Source: Pristiophorus japonicus
Lineage: Eukaryota
DNA length: 64,000 nt
Direction: 5' to 3'
Assembly: GCF_044704955.1 (NCBI RefSeq)
Contig: NC_091985.1
Coordinates: forward strand, 147,622,001 to 147,686,000
Positions within the stretch are counted from its first letter, which is position 1, and each line of letters begins with the position of its first letter. The notes under the pieces were generated by a model. That model was not told the origin of the DNA. It worked only from the letters and a program-made list of their open reading frames with translations, and did not search any database. The position numbers were made by a program, and so were the translations under genes. Of this stretch, positions 1 through 12,679 are shown piece by piece.

Positions 1-390
1 GCACTCCTGGCTGGCCTCCCACATTCTACGTTACGTAAACGAGAGGTGATCCAAAACTCAGCTGCCCATGTTCTAACTCGCATCAAGTCCCGCTCACCAA
101 TCACCCCTCTGCTCTCTGACCTACATTTGCTTCCGGTTAAGCAACACCTCGATTAAAAAATTCTCATCCCTATTTTCAAATCCCCCATGGCTTCGCCCTT
201 TCCCATCTCTAATCTCCTCCAGCCCCACAACCCCCCCCCAGCGCTCCTCTAATTCTGGCCTCCTGAGCAACCGATTGTATGATCTCTCGACCATTGGTGG
301 CCATGCCCCAAGCTCTGGAACTCCGTCTAAACCTCTCCGTCTTCAAAACGCTCCTTAAAACCTAGCTCCCTGCATTCATTTCTACTTATG
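1..390 (+). mobile_element. L2 LINE 3' fragment
   Basis: Typical L2 ORF2 C-terminal/3' sequence (ctacattt/ggcttccggttaagcaac..aaaattctcatcc..aagctctggaactcc); same family recurs at 9131, 11497 and 25025. Confidence 0.7.
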
Positions 391-1729
391 CGGCAACAAA
401 CCCACAACAAAAGATTAAAAGCGATCTAGATGATTTTGTTGGACTCAGATCCTATTGGGATTCTGCAGCAAGACTTTGGCTGTTTCAGTTTACTGTGGCA
501 ACGAAGCATTTGAGCACCATCCCTCAGATAATAAACGGGAATCATGTCCCAGGATTTATCTTTTCTGATTAACAGAAACTGTAAGCAACGCAGTATCCAG
601 TGAGGATGCTAATAACTCGCGTGGTCCTTGAGAGCTGCAGCAGATGTGCCCTCCAATCTGAAGTAGTGTTTTGTGATGGGATTCACGGACCTGTTCCATT
701 CAGCACGGTGTCCCAAAACTGGGGGCACCGATAAGACCATGAATTCTAAAAGCAAACGATTGACTAAATGTGCGTGGCTTCCCAAAACAGTCTAGTGAAT
801 AAAAGCACAAGCTGGTGTTCCGGAAAGATCAGGAGGTGTGGTCTGTGCTAAGTTAGTATCTCTTAGGCCCATGGGGAGGCAAGAGCTTTTGCTCCCAATT
901 GCTACCCAGAGACCGTTCCATGACCTTGCCCACAGGAGGTACAGGGAACAAGAAGTTGAGGAAGACCAAGGAAGCACTGGATATACAAAGTCAGGAGTGC
1001 CTGGTCACAGAAAGGGAGACAGATGATTGATGGGGTCGGGCTGGTTCAGAACAGACAGCAGTGGAAGTGAATTAATTCAAAACAACCGTCACTGCTGAGC
1101 TAATCAGCAATTAATGGCCAAACTGGCAAACTGCTGTTCGAGAACATTCTGCCCTCTAAAAGCAACAGCCTACATACAGGAGTTAGTTCCATATTACTGG
1201 CACCTGTGGGGGTGGGAGAGGCAGGGTTGAGAGGCAGCTGCACTGCTTTGCTACACAATAATAAAGGCTCATGTGAATCTGATGTTAATTTATCTTAAAT
1301 ACTGCTCTGTCAGGACTGCTGGGCTCTACCTCGCAAGATACGATGCACTCAGCTGGCCACCTGTGTCACACTTAGAGCCAGGTGTCTGGTCACCTATCAG
1401 GAAGCGGTAGAGAATGTAAAGGTGCATACGCTCAGGAGGAAAGGGGCACAAATTTAAGAGAAGAATTCAATACTATAACTGGAAGGAGCAGTAACATAGG
1501 AACAGGGCTAAGCCATTCAGGCCCTTGTGTCCACTCCGCCATTCGATTAGATAATGGCTGATCTATACCTCAACTCCATTTACCCGCCTTTGATCATAGC
1601 CCTTAATAAAAATCTATTGAAAACCCTTTATCCCTACTCTCTTTCCTATCTCCCAACCAATTACCAACCCATATCAGAAGGTTATCTGCAGTTCAATGCA
1701 CTCAGTTTTTTTGCTAATAATCTCTTATG

Positions 1730-2378
1730 TCATCATCATAGGCAGTCCCTCGGAATCGAGGAAGACTTGCTTCCACTCCCTAAGTGAGTTCTTTGATGGC
1801 TGAACAGTCTGATACGAGAGCCACAGACTCTGTTACAGGTGGGACAGACATTTGTCGATGGAAGGGATCAGTGGGGCTGGTTTGCCGCGCGCTCCTTCCG
1901 CTGCCTGCGCTTGACCTCTTCACGCTATATGTGTTGAGACTCAGAGCTCAACGCCCTCCCGGATGCACTTTCTCCACCTCGGGCAGTCTTCGGCCAGAGT
2001 CTCCCAGGTGTCAGTGGTGATGTCGCACTTTACCAGGAAGGCTTTGAGGGTGTCCTTGTAACGTTTCCGCTGTGCTCCTTTGGCTCGTTTACCACGAAGG
2101 AGCTCCGCATAAAGCATTTGCTTAGGGAGTCTCGTATCTGGCATGCGAACTATGTGGCCTGCCCAGCGAAGCTGATCGAGTGTGGTCAGTGCTTCAATAC
2201 TGGGGATGTTAGCCTGGTCGAGGACACTGATGTTGGTGCGCCTGTCCTCCCAGGAGATTTGCAGGATGTTGCGGAGACATCGTTGGTGTTATATCTCCAG
2301 CAACTTGAGGTGCCTTCTATACATTGTCCATGTCTCAGAACCATAAAGGAGGACGTGTATTACTACAGCCCTGTAGAC
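1730..2378 (-). mobile_element. RTE LINE 3' fragment
   Basis: ORF 1941-2144 MPDTRLPKQMLYAELLRGKRAKGAQRKRYKD (RTE RT C-terminus); (ATG)n tail seen as catcatcat at 1730. Confidence 0.9.
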
Positions 2379-2935
2379 CTTATTAAATGCCTTCTGGAAG
2401 TCCATATATACAACATCCGTAGACACTTCCCTTTTCACCATGCTGGTGACTTCCTCAAAAAAATTCAACTACTTTAAATCCATGTGGACACTCTGATCAG
2501 CCCGTTTGTCCAAATGCTCAGTCACTCTCCAATAGATTCCAGTAACTTCCTCACAATTGAAGTTAAATGTTCAGGCCTGTAGTTAGCTGTTTTCTCTCTC
2601 CCTCTCTTCTTAAATAATGGAGTTACATTTGCAATTTTCCAATCCAAGGGCACAATTTCCGAATCTATTGGACAATTATGATTATCTAATCTGGAATTTC
2701 CCCACTGGTTTCTTCTAGTAACCTAGAGTGCAACCCGGCTCATTAATTTCTCCATTACCATTGAAAAAAAAACTTATCACCAAGTTCCTCCCCTCGATTT
2801 ATTAGGTTCCCTTGTACCACTGGTATTTGGTCCTCTTCCTCCACTGTAAAATGGATACAAAGTTCTAATTTAACAAGTCTGCCATTCCCTGATTATCCAT
2901 TATAGTCTCATCTGCATGTGTCTTTAATGGACCCA

Positions 2936-3824
2936 CTGGGTGGCAGTGTGAGCTGTGAGGGGGACGCTAGGAGGCTGCAGGGTGACTTGGACAGGTTAGG
3001 TGAGTGGGCAAATGCATGGCAGATGCAGTATAATGTGGATAAATGTGAGGTTATCCACTTTGGGGGCAAAAACACGAAGACAAATATTATCTGAATGGCG
3101 GCAGATTAGGAAAAGGGGAGGTGCAACGAGACCTGGGTGTATTAGTTCATCAGTCATTGAAAGTTGGCATACAGGTACAGCAGGCAGTGAAGGCGGCAAA
3201 TGGTATGTTGGCCTTCATAGCTAGGGGATTTGAGTATAGGAGCAGGGAGGTCTTACTGCAATGGTACAGGGCCTTGGTGAGGCCTCACCTGGAATATTGT
3301 GTTCAGTTTTGGTCTCCTAATCTGAGGAAGGACATTCTTGCTATTGAGGGAGTGCAGCAAAAGTTCACCAGACTGATTCCCGGGATGGCAGGACTGACAT
3401 ATGAGACGACTCTGGATCAACTGGGTCTTTATACATTGGAGTTTAGAAGGATGAGAGGGGATCTCAGAAACATATAAGATTCTGACAGGACGGGACAGGT
3501 TAGATGCGGGTAGAATGTTCCCGATGTTGGGAAAGTCCAGAACCAGGGGACACAGTCTTAGGACTGAGGATGAGGAGAAACTTCTTCACTCAGAGAGTTG
3601 TTAACCTGTGTAATTCCCTACCGCAGAGAGTTGTTGATGCCAGTTCATTGGATATATTCAAGACGGAGTTAGATATGGCCCTTACGGCTAAGGGGATCAA
3701 GGGGTATGGCGAGAAAGGGATACTGAGGGAATGATCAGCCACGATCTTATTGAATGGTGGTGCAGGCTCAAAGGGCCGAAGGGCCGAATGGCCTACTCCT
3801 GCACCTATTTTCTATGTTTCTATG
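2936..3824 (+). mobile_element. CR1 LINE, 5'-truncated, young family
   Basis: ORF QRDLGVLVHQSLK..LVRPHLEYCVQFWSP; 3' tail tttctatgtttctatg. Confidence 0.95.
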
Positions 3825-4419
3825 AACACTCTTCCTCAATATATTTATGAAAACTTTTACTGTTAGGTTTTTCCCCCCTTGTACTCCTTTTTGCCCCTCA
3901 TTACTTTCTTTAAATTCCTTTGTTGTCATTTCCAGCTCTCCCAGTCTGCTGAATTTCCGATTTTCCTTGCTTCTGTACAAGTCTTTTATTTTAGCTTGAT
4001 GCAGTCTCTTATCTCGTTTGTTGGCCATGGTTGTTTAAGTACACAAGTGGAGTGTTTGCCTTTTCGGGGTATGTACTGATTTTGTATTATACCAAATACC
4101 CATTAAGTTTACCCATTAACCGTTCAGTTTACTATGATCAATTTATTTCTCATCCCTTCGAAGTTTGCCTTACTTAAATTGAAAACCGTGGTTGAGACTC
4201 ACCCTCTCCGTCTCCGTCTCCTTCTCAAAGCTAATATCAAATTCAGTCACATTATGGGTCCCCATTTTCAAGATACTCCCTTACAGATTGTTAGGTCATT
4301 CTGGGCGATTCCTCTTCACAAATCGGTCTGGCCTGTAGCCTATTATTTCCAATTCAAACTCAAATTCTGATTACAAGCTGTACTTACTGTATTTTTTTCA
4401 ACGTGGTAATGATTGATGT

Positions 4420-4760
4420 TACGCGGAGCGACGTGATCGTGGTCCAGAAGAGGCGAGGGCCCAGGGGCAGAACGGGCCAGCCCACACTGCGATGTGTGCG
4501 CACTAGGTCTGTGCAGCAGAGCTGGTCTCCAGTCGTCTTGGTAAATCCTTGCCACTGGACCAAGACCTAGCTCTGTCAAGCCCGTGTGGTGGCTGGTGAG
4601 CAATGGCCACCACACCTTAAAAAAATTAACACACAGGCATCTTCCACCCTTCAGGGCCTAGTTCGGGACCTGGAGTACCAGGCCCTTCATTGGCACACCT
4701 GTGAACTCAGCGTGGAAGCAAGTCATCCTCAATACGAGGGACCGCCTATGATGATGACGA
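4420..4760 (+). mobile_element. Non-autonomous bipartite RTE-derived element (RTE 5' UTR fused to RTE 3' tail)
   Basis: 4525-4650 resembles the 5' UTR of the full RTE (34810-34940); ends gtggaagcaagtcatcctc..cctatgatgatga like the RTE 3' ends; no ORF. Confidence 0.8.
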
Positions 4761-5629
4761 CAACAACGGGTCTGTTCTAAAACATATTGTTCCAGACAAA
4801 ACAGCAATTCTATTCCCAGACTGAGAAAATTAAAATCTGCCATTATATCCACATTGTTTCTGCTACATGCTTCCCTGATCTCCCTATTTATACATCCCTC
4901 TCCACTATCAAGAGGTTTGTCGACAACTCCCTCCAGAGTCTTGCAACTTTGCTGTCCCTCAACTCTACCCATTGTTTCCGCTGCATGCTCACCTTTAATT
5001 ATATTCCTCTTTCCACTGGTGATAATTGTCTTATCAAAACTGCTGCTCCCTCTCCTTTCCCAAGATCCTATAGTCTGGAATATTTAGCTCACAATCATAC
5101 CCAGATTGTAGATAGATCTCTCTAATGACACTACATTTTACGTTTTGAGCTGAATTTGTGCTCCTAACACATTTGTTTTATTTCTTATGCAGATGTACAC
5201 AGAATCCTTATCTGGTTAATTGTTCCTACTGTACCTATAGTCCTTTGTCCTCACTCCTTTTGACTTACAGGCAAAGAGTTGCAGTGCTTGTAATTAATGC
5301 AACACAGAGCCCCTCATTTGATGCAAATTGTTAGAATCTCCCCCACCCCCAAATAACACACATCTGAAACAAGGATGTAACTATAGTAATAATTTTATCA
5401 ACAGCCCAAAATGGAGCCTTCACAGGAGGCTGATCTGAGGACACGGTCTATTTGAAATGGCTGTAACCATTGGTCATTTTCTGCCTTCAACCTCATCCAC
5501 CCCAAAACCCACAAGGCAACGGACACAAAACCAATCTCACACACACACAATGGTTGGGGGGTGGGGATGGGAGAGCAGAGGACTTAGAAGAAACAAGGGT
5601 CAGAGTAATTGTGAATTTTGTGCAGGGCC

Positions 5630-5950
5630 TGGAGGTGGTCACGAGATAGGGAGGGGTGAGGATATGGAGGGATTCAAACACGAGGATGAAAATTATAAAT
5701 TGAGGAGTTGGTGGACTGGGAGCCAAAGCAATGCCCATTTATGTAGCACTGTGCCCACTTCAACTACAACATACATTTATATAGCGCCTTTAATATAGGA
5801 AAATGCCTCAAGGCACTTCATAGGAGCGTCATCAGACAGGAGATGAGCATTGACACCAGAATTGGAGGAGCGCAGCGATCAGAGGGTTGTAGGGCTGGAG
5901 GAGGGTACAGAGGTAGGGAGGGGCAAGGTCATGGAAACACAAGGAGCAGA
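5630..5950 (-). mobile_element. L2 LINE 3' fragments
   Basis: Antisense L2 tail (catttatatagcgcctttaa..aaggcacttcataggagcg) and agaattggaggagcgcag..gggttgtagggctgga motif. Confidence 0.6.
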
Positions 5951-6559
5951 ATTTCACACTCAATAGATATGGTTTATTGTCCTGTTTGTGTAGCAGGACC
6001 AGCAAGAACAGCAGCAAACATCAATTGAGAGAGACATTTTTTTTTTAAATTAGTGAAGTATTTTACACATCCGTTTTGCAGCTTGATGGCGATGAGATGA
6101 CCCATAAATTCCTCATTGTTTTAAAAAAAACATGAAGGCTGACAGAGCAAAGTGCAGTAAATGCACACAGCCCAGTGTAGAATGAAAGCTTCCTGACAGG
6201 CTGCTGTCAAAATCACAAACACCCTTTAAAAAAGCTCCTCCCCTCAAATGGTATGTTTGGCACTTCACTTAAAGCAAGCAAGCTGCAGAAGAGAGGAGCT
6301 AAGTGACTCATTCAAGGCTCATTGGGGTGGGTGTGCCATCTCAGAATGAAAGTGCTGCTGAGATACTGAATATTCAATACTTGATCCTCGGACACAGATT
6401 TGCCCAGCAGAGTCGTTTCAATCATTGCTGGACCAGCATTGTTCCATAGAGATGTTAAGACACTCCGATTGCCCAGACTGAGCACGAGATGGAAACCAAT
6501 GATCCTAGAATAGCAGCTCTCAAAACAGAGACCCGTAACACCTCTTATTAGCACCTCGT

Positions 6560-7207
6560 GTGTCAGCTGTGGCTTAGTGAGCACCTCGAGTCTCGTCGCC
6601 GAGAGCATGTAGAAAACAGGCGCAGGCAGCGGAAGGAGTGTGCAGCAAACCAGACTCCCCACCCACCCTTTCCTGCAACCACTGTCTGTTCCACCTGTGA
6701 CAGAATGCAATTCCCGTAATGGACTGTACGGTCACCTGAGAACTCACTTAGAGTGGAAGCAAGTCTTCCTCAATTTCGAGGGACTGCCTATGAGGAGTGG
6801 GTAGCACTCGCGCCCGAGTCAGAAGGTTGTGGGTTCAAATCCCACTCGAGACTTGAGCACAAAATCTAGGCCGACACTTCAGTGCAGTGCTGAGGGAGTG
6901 CTGCACTGTTGGAGGTGCAGTCTTTGATACGTTACATCGAAGCCCCATCTACCCTCTCAGGTGGATGTAAAAGATCCCATGGCACTATTTCGAAGCGCAA
7001 GGAAATTTTCCCCATTTTCCTGGCCAAAATTTATCCCTCAACCAACTTCACTAAAACAGATGATCTAGTTAATATCACGTTGCTGCTTTTGGCACCTTGC
7101 TGTGCACAAATTGGCTACACTTCCAAAAACGTACTTTATTGGCCGTAAAGCGCATTGTGATGTCCTGAGGTTGTGAAAGGCACAATAGAAATACAAATCT
7201 TTCTTTC
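6560..7207 (+). mobile_element. tRNA-derived Deu-domain SINE (SacSINE1-like), interrupted by an RTE 3' fragment
   Basis: Split A-box (tggcttagtg|ggtagc), B-box ggttcaaatccc, Deu core gtgctgagggagtgctgcactg..aaagatcccatggcactattt, L2-like tail. Confidence 0.8.
6580..6795 (+). mobile_element. RTE 3' fragment nested in the SINE head
   Basis: gagcacctcgagtctcgtcgccgagagcat..gtggaagcaagtcttcctc..gactgcctatga; agtg repeated on both sides. Confidence 0.85.
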
Positions 7208-7715
7208 GGTAGACTAATGGACACATTTCTTTCAATTCTAGCACTTTCTTTTTGGAAGTCGGGGCCAGGAGAGAATGAACATTTTCTGGGAATTACTCGC
7301 CCCAGAGATAACTACCCACCATCAGAGTGGATCCCACATCACTGGCACCAACACCGGAACCTGCATGTGTAAACGTTACGAAGCTGCAACTACAACTTTT
7401 GGGCCAAGGATCTTTGCCCGATGTCTGGATAGCTTCTTACAGGTCAAAGGGGATTCAACATTCACGTCAAGTGATTTGCATGGATGGCTGAAATCGAATT
7501 ACAGCGCAAGAACCTTATTGATACTGAAAACCACAGCCAGAACCCAGTTAGGGTCAGACTCCACCACCCACTGTCCAGTTTATAGAATGGGCCCCCCTCA
7601 ATCAACACATGGTCAACAAACACTTCAAAGTTTATTTTAAAAACCTTTGAAAATACTTACACTCTAGTCAATGTAATTAAGCAAACAAGATTGGCTTAAC
7701 ATTAGATAACTGCTA

Positions 7716-8235
7716 ATCCACTGGGAGGATAGACGCACCATCAGTGTTCTCGCTCAGGCCAATATCGAAGCATTGACCACACTCAACCAGCTCTGTTGGG
7801 CGGGCCACATCGTCCGCATGCCGGACACAAGACTCCATAAGCAAGCGCTCTACTCGGAACTCCTACACTGCAAGCGAGTCCTAGGTGGGCAGAGGAAACG
7901 TTTCAAGGACACCCTCAAAGCCTCCTTGATAAAGTGCAACATCCCCACCGGCACCTGGGAATCCCTGGCAAAAGACCGCCCAAAGTGAAGGAAGAGCATC
8001 CGGGAGGGCGCTGAGCACCTCAAGTCTCGTCGCCGAGAGCATGCAGAAATCAAGTGCAGACAGCGGAAGGAGCGTGCGGCAAACCAGGCCCCCTAACCAC
8101 CCTTTCCTTCAACCACTGTCTGTCCTACCGGTGACAGAGACTGTAATTCCCGTATTGGACTGTACAGTCACCTGAGAATTCACTTTTAGAGTGGAAGCAA
8201 GTCTTCCTCGATTTCGAGGGACTGCCTATGATGAT
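7716..8235 (+). mobile_element. RTE LINE 3' fragment
   Basis: ORF WAGHIVRMPDTRLHKQALYSELL; tail gcctatgatgat. Confidence 0.9.
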
Positions 8236-8269
8236 TACTGATAATGCAGGAACACAAGCACGTGTAAAT

Positions 8270-8790
8270 CAATGGCTGTAAGAAGGGCTGGGGGAATAAT
8301 GGAAGGTCTTGATCTGAATAGACTGAGCGAACAAACACTACAAGTAGATATAGGGATATTTTCTAAAGCAGCACATCTTCAACCAAAAGGAGCACTCGAG
8401 GACAGGATATACATGGATTTTCTGAGGCATTTGACAAGGCTCTACATTGAAAAAGAGTTGGGATGGGAGGGACATTCTTGGATTAGCAAGGAGCAACAAA
8501 GGGTACAGAGACATGGTCTGGGGCCTCCAATTTCTCACTATTTCAAAGTGAGCTAGATTCAAAATATTTAAATTTACCAGAAGATGCGCCAAGCAAGAAG
8601 GAACAGTGAGCTGAAAAAAAGAAACTCAAACAGTTCAGGAAGAAAATAAGCGAGTGGGCAGAACAGTGGCAGCTGCAGTTTAACATTTACGTCTCTAGAT
8701 GCATGTATTAAAATCTAGTTTGTAGGTGCAACAGCAAACCAGAAAGGCTAATGCGATGGAGGGCTTCATCACAAGTGGCACAGATTATGG
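8270..8790 (+). mobile_element. Highly degraded CR1 RT fragment
   Basis: Remnants such as atatacatggattttctgaggcatttgacaagg (IYMDF.KAFDK-like) and gagtgggcagaacagtggcag. Confidence 0.5.
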
Positions 8791-9130
8791 TAGGAAAAGT
8801 AGGAGGATTTCCAAGCTGCAGAAGGATTAAAACTCCACTTTGTAGATGTTTGACATTCTTAACAGAGTAGGACCTCTATCTGAATATGTAGAGCTGCAGA
8901 TGGGCAAAACCTCGGGCAGCCTGTAAAGCTGGCCATTCCTGCAATTGTGATCGACAGACTTCCTGGGAAACTATTGAGTCTACCTTGCCCTAGCTCAATA
9001 GACAGAGCCATTCCTTAGAAGGAAGTACTTCCTGCAAAAACAGCCCAACAATGGCCAGCAGATGGCAAAACTAGACAAATCTTAGTTCAAAGGCCTTCCA
9101 AACTGACAAAATTGCAACTTGGATCTATCC

Positions 9131-9480
9131 AACAACAATTTGTATTTATATAGCACCTTTAACGTAGTAAAATGTCCCATGGTGCTTCACAGGAGTGTTA
9201 TCAAACAAAAATTTGACACCATGCCACACAAAGAGATATTTGACAGATGACCCAAGGCTTGGTCCAAGATGTAGGATTTAAGGAGAGTATCAAAAGGAGG
9301 AAAGAGAATTAGAGAGGTGGAGGAGTTTAGGCAGGGAGTTCCAGAGTTTAGAGCCTAGGCAGCTTAAAACATGGCCGCCAATGGTGGAGCGATTAAAACA
9401 GGAGATGCGCAAGAGGCCAGAATTGGGGGAGCGCAGAGATCTCCGAGGGTTTAGGGCTGGATGAGGTTACTAAGATTGAG
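9131..9480 (-). mobile_element. L2 LINE 3' fragment
   Basis: caacaacaatttgtatttatatagcacctttaacgtag antisense L2 tail. Confidence 0.8.
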
Positions 9481-9489
9481 ACCATCCAT

Positions 9490-9895
9490 TCAGCTGCCTC
9501 TGCCATTTCCCTAACTTTCCTTAGCCCACCGGGCCAAACAACCTCCAAGGTTGCACCCTGCCCGAGCCATGAATTTACTTAGTTCTCTAGTTTCTCTCCT
9601 ATCTCCCCTCATGCCCTCTTAGAACTCATCTTGTCCATGAGAACCACCTCCTGCTCCCTCGATCCTATTCCCACCCAACTTCCCTTCCTGGCTTCCATGT
9701 TAGCTGATATTGTTAACGGTCCTCTCTCCTCAGGCACTGTCCCCCTCTCCTTCAAATCTGCCGTCATCACCCTCTCCTCAAAAAGCCCACCTTGACCCCT
9801 CTGTCCTTGCAAACTACCACCCCATCTCCAACCTCCCTTCCCTCTCCGGAGTCTTTGAATGTGCTATCACCTCCCAAATCTGTGCCCATCACTTT
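9490..9895 (+). mobile_element. L2 LINE RT fragment
   Basis: cctgctccctcgatcctattccc (CSLDPIP) and LANYHPISNLPSLS, an L2-type RT motif. Confidence 0.75.
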
Positions 9896-9919
9896 TGAAA
9901 GCAGTGGTTAGGAAAAAAG

Positions 9920-10272
9920 TGAAACTTGCATTTATGTAGAACTTGGCACATTAGTTTTGAAGTGTAGTCACTAAGTAAACACAACTTGCACAGCAAGATC
10001 CCCCCCCAAAAATGAGGGGGAAAAAAGTTTGATGTCAGTCGAGGCATAAATATTAGCCAGGACACAATGCCAAACTGTTCCTCAAATAGTGCCGTGGGAT
10101 CTTTATCCCCTTGAACAGGTCAGAACTTAGTTCAATGTCACATCACAGTGCAGCACTCCCTCAGTACTGGAGTGCCAGTCTAGATTATGGACTCAAGTTC
10201 TGCAATGAGACTTGAACCCATGACCTTCTGAGTCAGAGATATCAGAGAGCTATCACAGAGCCAAGTGTGATA
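9920..10272 (-). mobile_element. Deu-domain tRNA SINE
   Basis: Antisense cagtgcagcactccctcagtact..cttgaaccc..ttctgagtcagag. Confidence 0.75.
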
Positions 10273-10285
10273 ACGCCAAGGTCGC

Positions 10286-11264
10286 AGGAGGGGACTCCAG
10301 CTATTTACAACATACATTAATGATTTAGACGAAGGAATTGAATGTAATATCTCCACGTTTGCAGATGACACTAAGCTGGGTGGCAGTGTGAGCTGTGAGG
10401 AAGATGCTAAGAGGTTGCAGGGTGACTTGGACAGGTTAGGTGAGTGGGCAAATGTATGGCAGATGCAGTATAAATGTAGATAAATGTGAGGTTATCCACT
10501 TTGGTGGCAAAAACAGGAAGGCAGATTATCTGAATGGTGACAGATTAGGAAAAGGGGAGGTGCAACGATACCTGGGTGTCATGGTACATCAGCCATTGAA
10601 TGTTGGCATGCAGGCACAGCAGGCAATGAAGGCGACAAATGGCATGTTGGCCTTCATAGTGAGAGGAATGGAGTATAGTAGCAAGGAGGTCTTACTGCAG
10701 TTGTACAGGGCCTTGGTGAGGCCACACCTTGAATATTGTGTACAGTTTTGGTCTCCTAATCTGAGGAAGGACATTCTTGCTATTGAACGAGTGCGAAGGG
10801 TCACCAACTGATTCCCGGGATGGCAGGACTGACATATGAAGAAAGACTGGATCGACTAGGCTTAGTCACTGGAATTTAGAAGAATGAGAGGGGATCTCAG
10901 AGAAACATATAAAATTCTGACGGGATTGGACAGGTTAGATGCAGGATGTTGGGGAAGTCCAGAACCAGGGATCACAGTCTAAGGATAAGGGGTAAGCCAT
11001 TTAGGACCGAGATGAGGAGAAACTTCTTCACTCAAGAGAATTGTGAACCTGTGAAATTCTCTACCACAGAAAGTTGTTGAGGTCAGTTCATTAGATATAT
11101 TCAAAAGGGAGTTAGATGTGGCCCTTACGGCTAAAGGGATCATGGGGTATGGAGAGAAAGCAGGAATGGGGTACTGAAGTTGCATGATCAGCCATGATCA
11201 TATTGAATGGTGGTGCAGGCTCAAAGGGCCGAATGGCCTACTCCTGCACCTATTTTCTATGTTT
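10286..11264 (+). mobile_element. CR1 LINE, 5'-truncated, young family
   Basis: FADDTKLGG-coding segment, ORF 10440-10811 with LVRPHLEYCVQFWSP, tail ttttctatgtttc. Confidence 0.95.
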
Positions 11265-11494
11265 CCACGTGATACTCATGCCAAACCTCCCTTGAATCAC
11301 TTTAATATTCAGGTACAGAGAACTTATACTTTAGCTCATTCAGACATAGGAACAGGAGTAGATCATTCAGCCCCTTGAGTCTGTTCCGCCTAGCCACTAA
11401 GAGAGGCCAGAAAGACAGATCAAGGACAGATTCAGACCGTTAGATGATGAGACGGTTAGACTCAGATATCCAAGAGACCCAATGAGAGAAGCAA

Positions 11495-11920
11495 CAGCAA
11501 CTTGTATTTATATAGTGCCTTTAACATAGTAAAACATCCCAAGGTGCGTCACATGAGCACTATGAAACAAAATTTGACACTGAGCCACACACAAGGAGAT
11601 ATTAGGTAGAGAGGCGGAAAGGTGCAGGGAGAAAATTCCAAAGCTCAGGGCCTTGGCAGCTGAAGGCACAGCCACCAATGGTGGAGCAAAGAAAATCTGG
11701 GCTGCACAAGAGGCCAGAATTGGAGGAGCACAGAGATCTCGGAGGATTGTAGGGCTGGAGGAGTTATAGTGATAGGGAGGGTAGGGGCATGGCCATGGAG
11801 GGATTAGTAAACTAGGATGAGAATTTTTAAAAATCGAGGTGCTGCCGGAGTGGGTGCTAATGTAGGTCAGCTACATTATGGGTGATGGGTGAATGGGATT
11901 TGGTGCGAGTTAGATACAGG
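11495..11920 (-). mobile_element. L2 LINE 3' fragment
   Basis: caacttgtatttatatagtgcctttaac tail; similar to 9131-9480. Confidence 0.8.
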
Positions 11921-12679
11921 CAAACCATTTTAGGAACAAAAAGGAAATCACTGCAAGAGATAAGCAGAGTCAAAAACGAGTTCAATTCAGAGATATCTTG
12001 CAAAATTGGGACATTAATTTAGTAACAGTTGAACAAAAATTCCCAATAGACAAATGCAGAGAACTCAGAAGACACAACCAGCTCCAAGAGCCAGATTGGC
12101 AGAAGAGAAGTTTGAACTTGACCCAATGGTCCAACTAACTTCTGGAACAGAGACACTTTTCAGCAATCCCATAGATTTAAATTGAAAGCATGCAACTGTC
12201 ATTATGTCACGCGGACTGGAATCCATGTGACTCACTTTGCAAACAGAGCTACTAATGTAGACTGAATTAAGTCAACTAAATGCTGGGCTCTTACAATTCC
12301 AAAAACAAGTTAATGCACAGAGAGACAACTAAACCGATGACCAGGTTACAATTGCACATGCATCTTTAGAAATTAAAGTAGTGATCCACACACATATGCT
12401 GCTGGCCATTTCTTGACCTCTGCCAAACCAAGAGGATAAAGGTCATCATCCAACACGGCCCTTCACTCAGCCCGTTGGACTGTTTTTCTTCTTGTTCTGG
12501 GTTGGTTGTCACACAACTTAACAAAAATTATATTAAACCCTGGATAAACAAAAAGGTAAACTGATACATTTACGACACCAATTGTAATGGTGGGATTTTC
12601 TATTTGTTCATCTCTCTATAACCCGAGTCTGTTTCCAAAATTTGGATTTCTAATCTTAAAGCATTAAAATAAAATACTT

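Larger units (their letters stand above)
1620..4330 (-). mobile_element. Old degraded CR1 LINE (RT region), interrupted by an RTE fragment (1730-2378) and a younger CR1 (2936-3824)
   Basis: CR1-like antisense sequence resumes across both insertions (aatctcttatgt|...|accttattaaatgccttctggaag; aatggacccact|...|cttcctcaatatattt). Confidence 0.6.

Noticed and set aside
6560-6860. tRNA gene
   Set aside because: The A/B boxes belong to a SINE head, which is interrupted and followed by the Deu core.
9131-9895. Twin-priming inversion in L2
   Set aside because: The two opposite-strand pieces come from distant parts of L2 and no TSD is visible, so two independent insertions are equally likely.
8880-12430. 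NGQ-encoding stretches (~8930 and ~12405, minus strand) as the second AKAP12-like exon
   Set aside because: No compatible acceptor or frame, or an early stop, and no further similarity.
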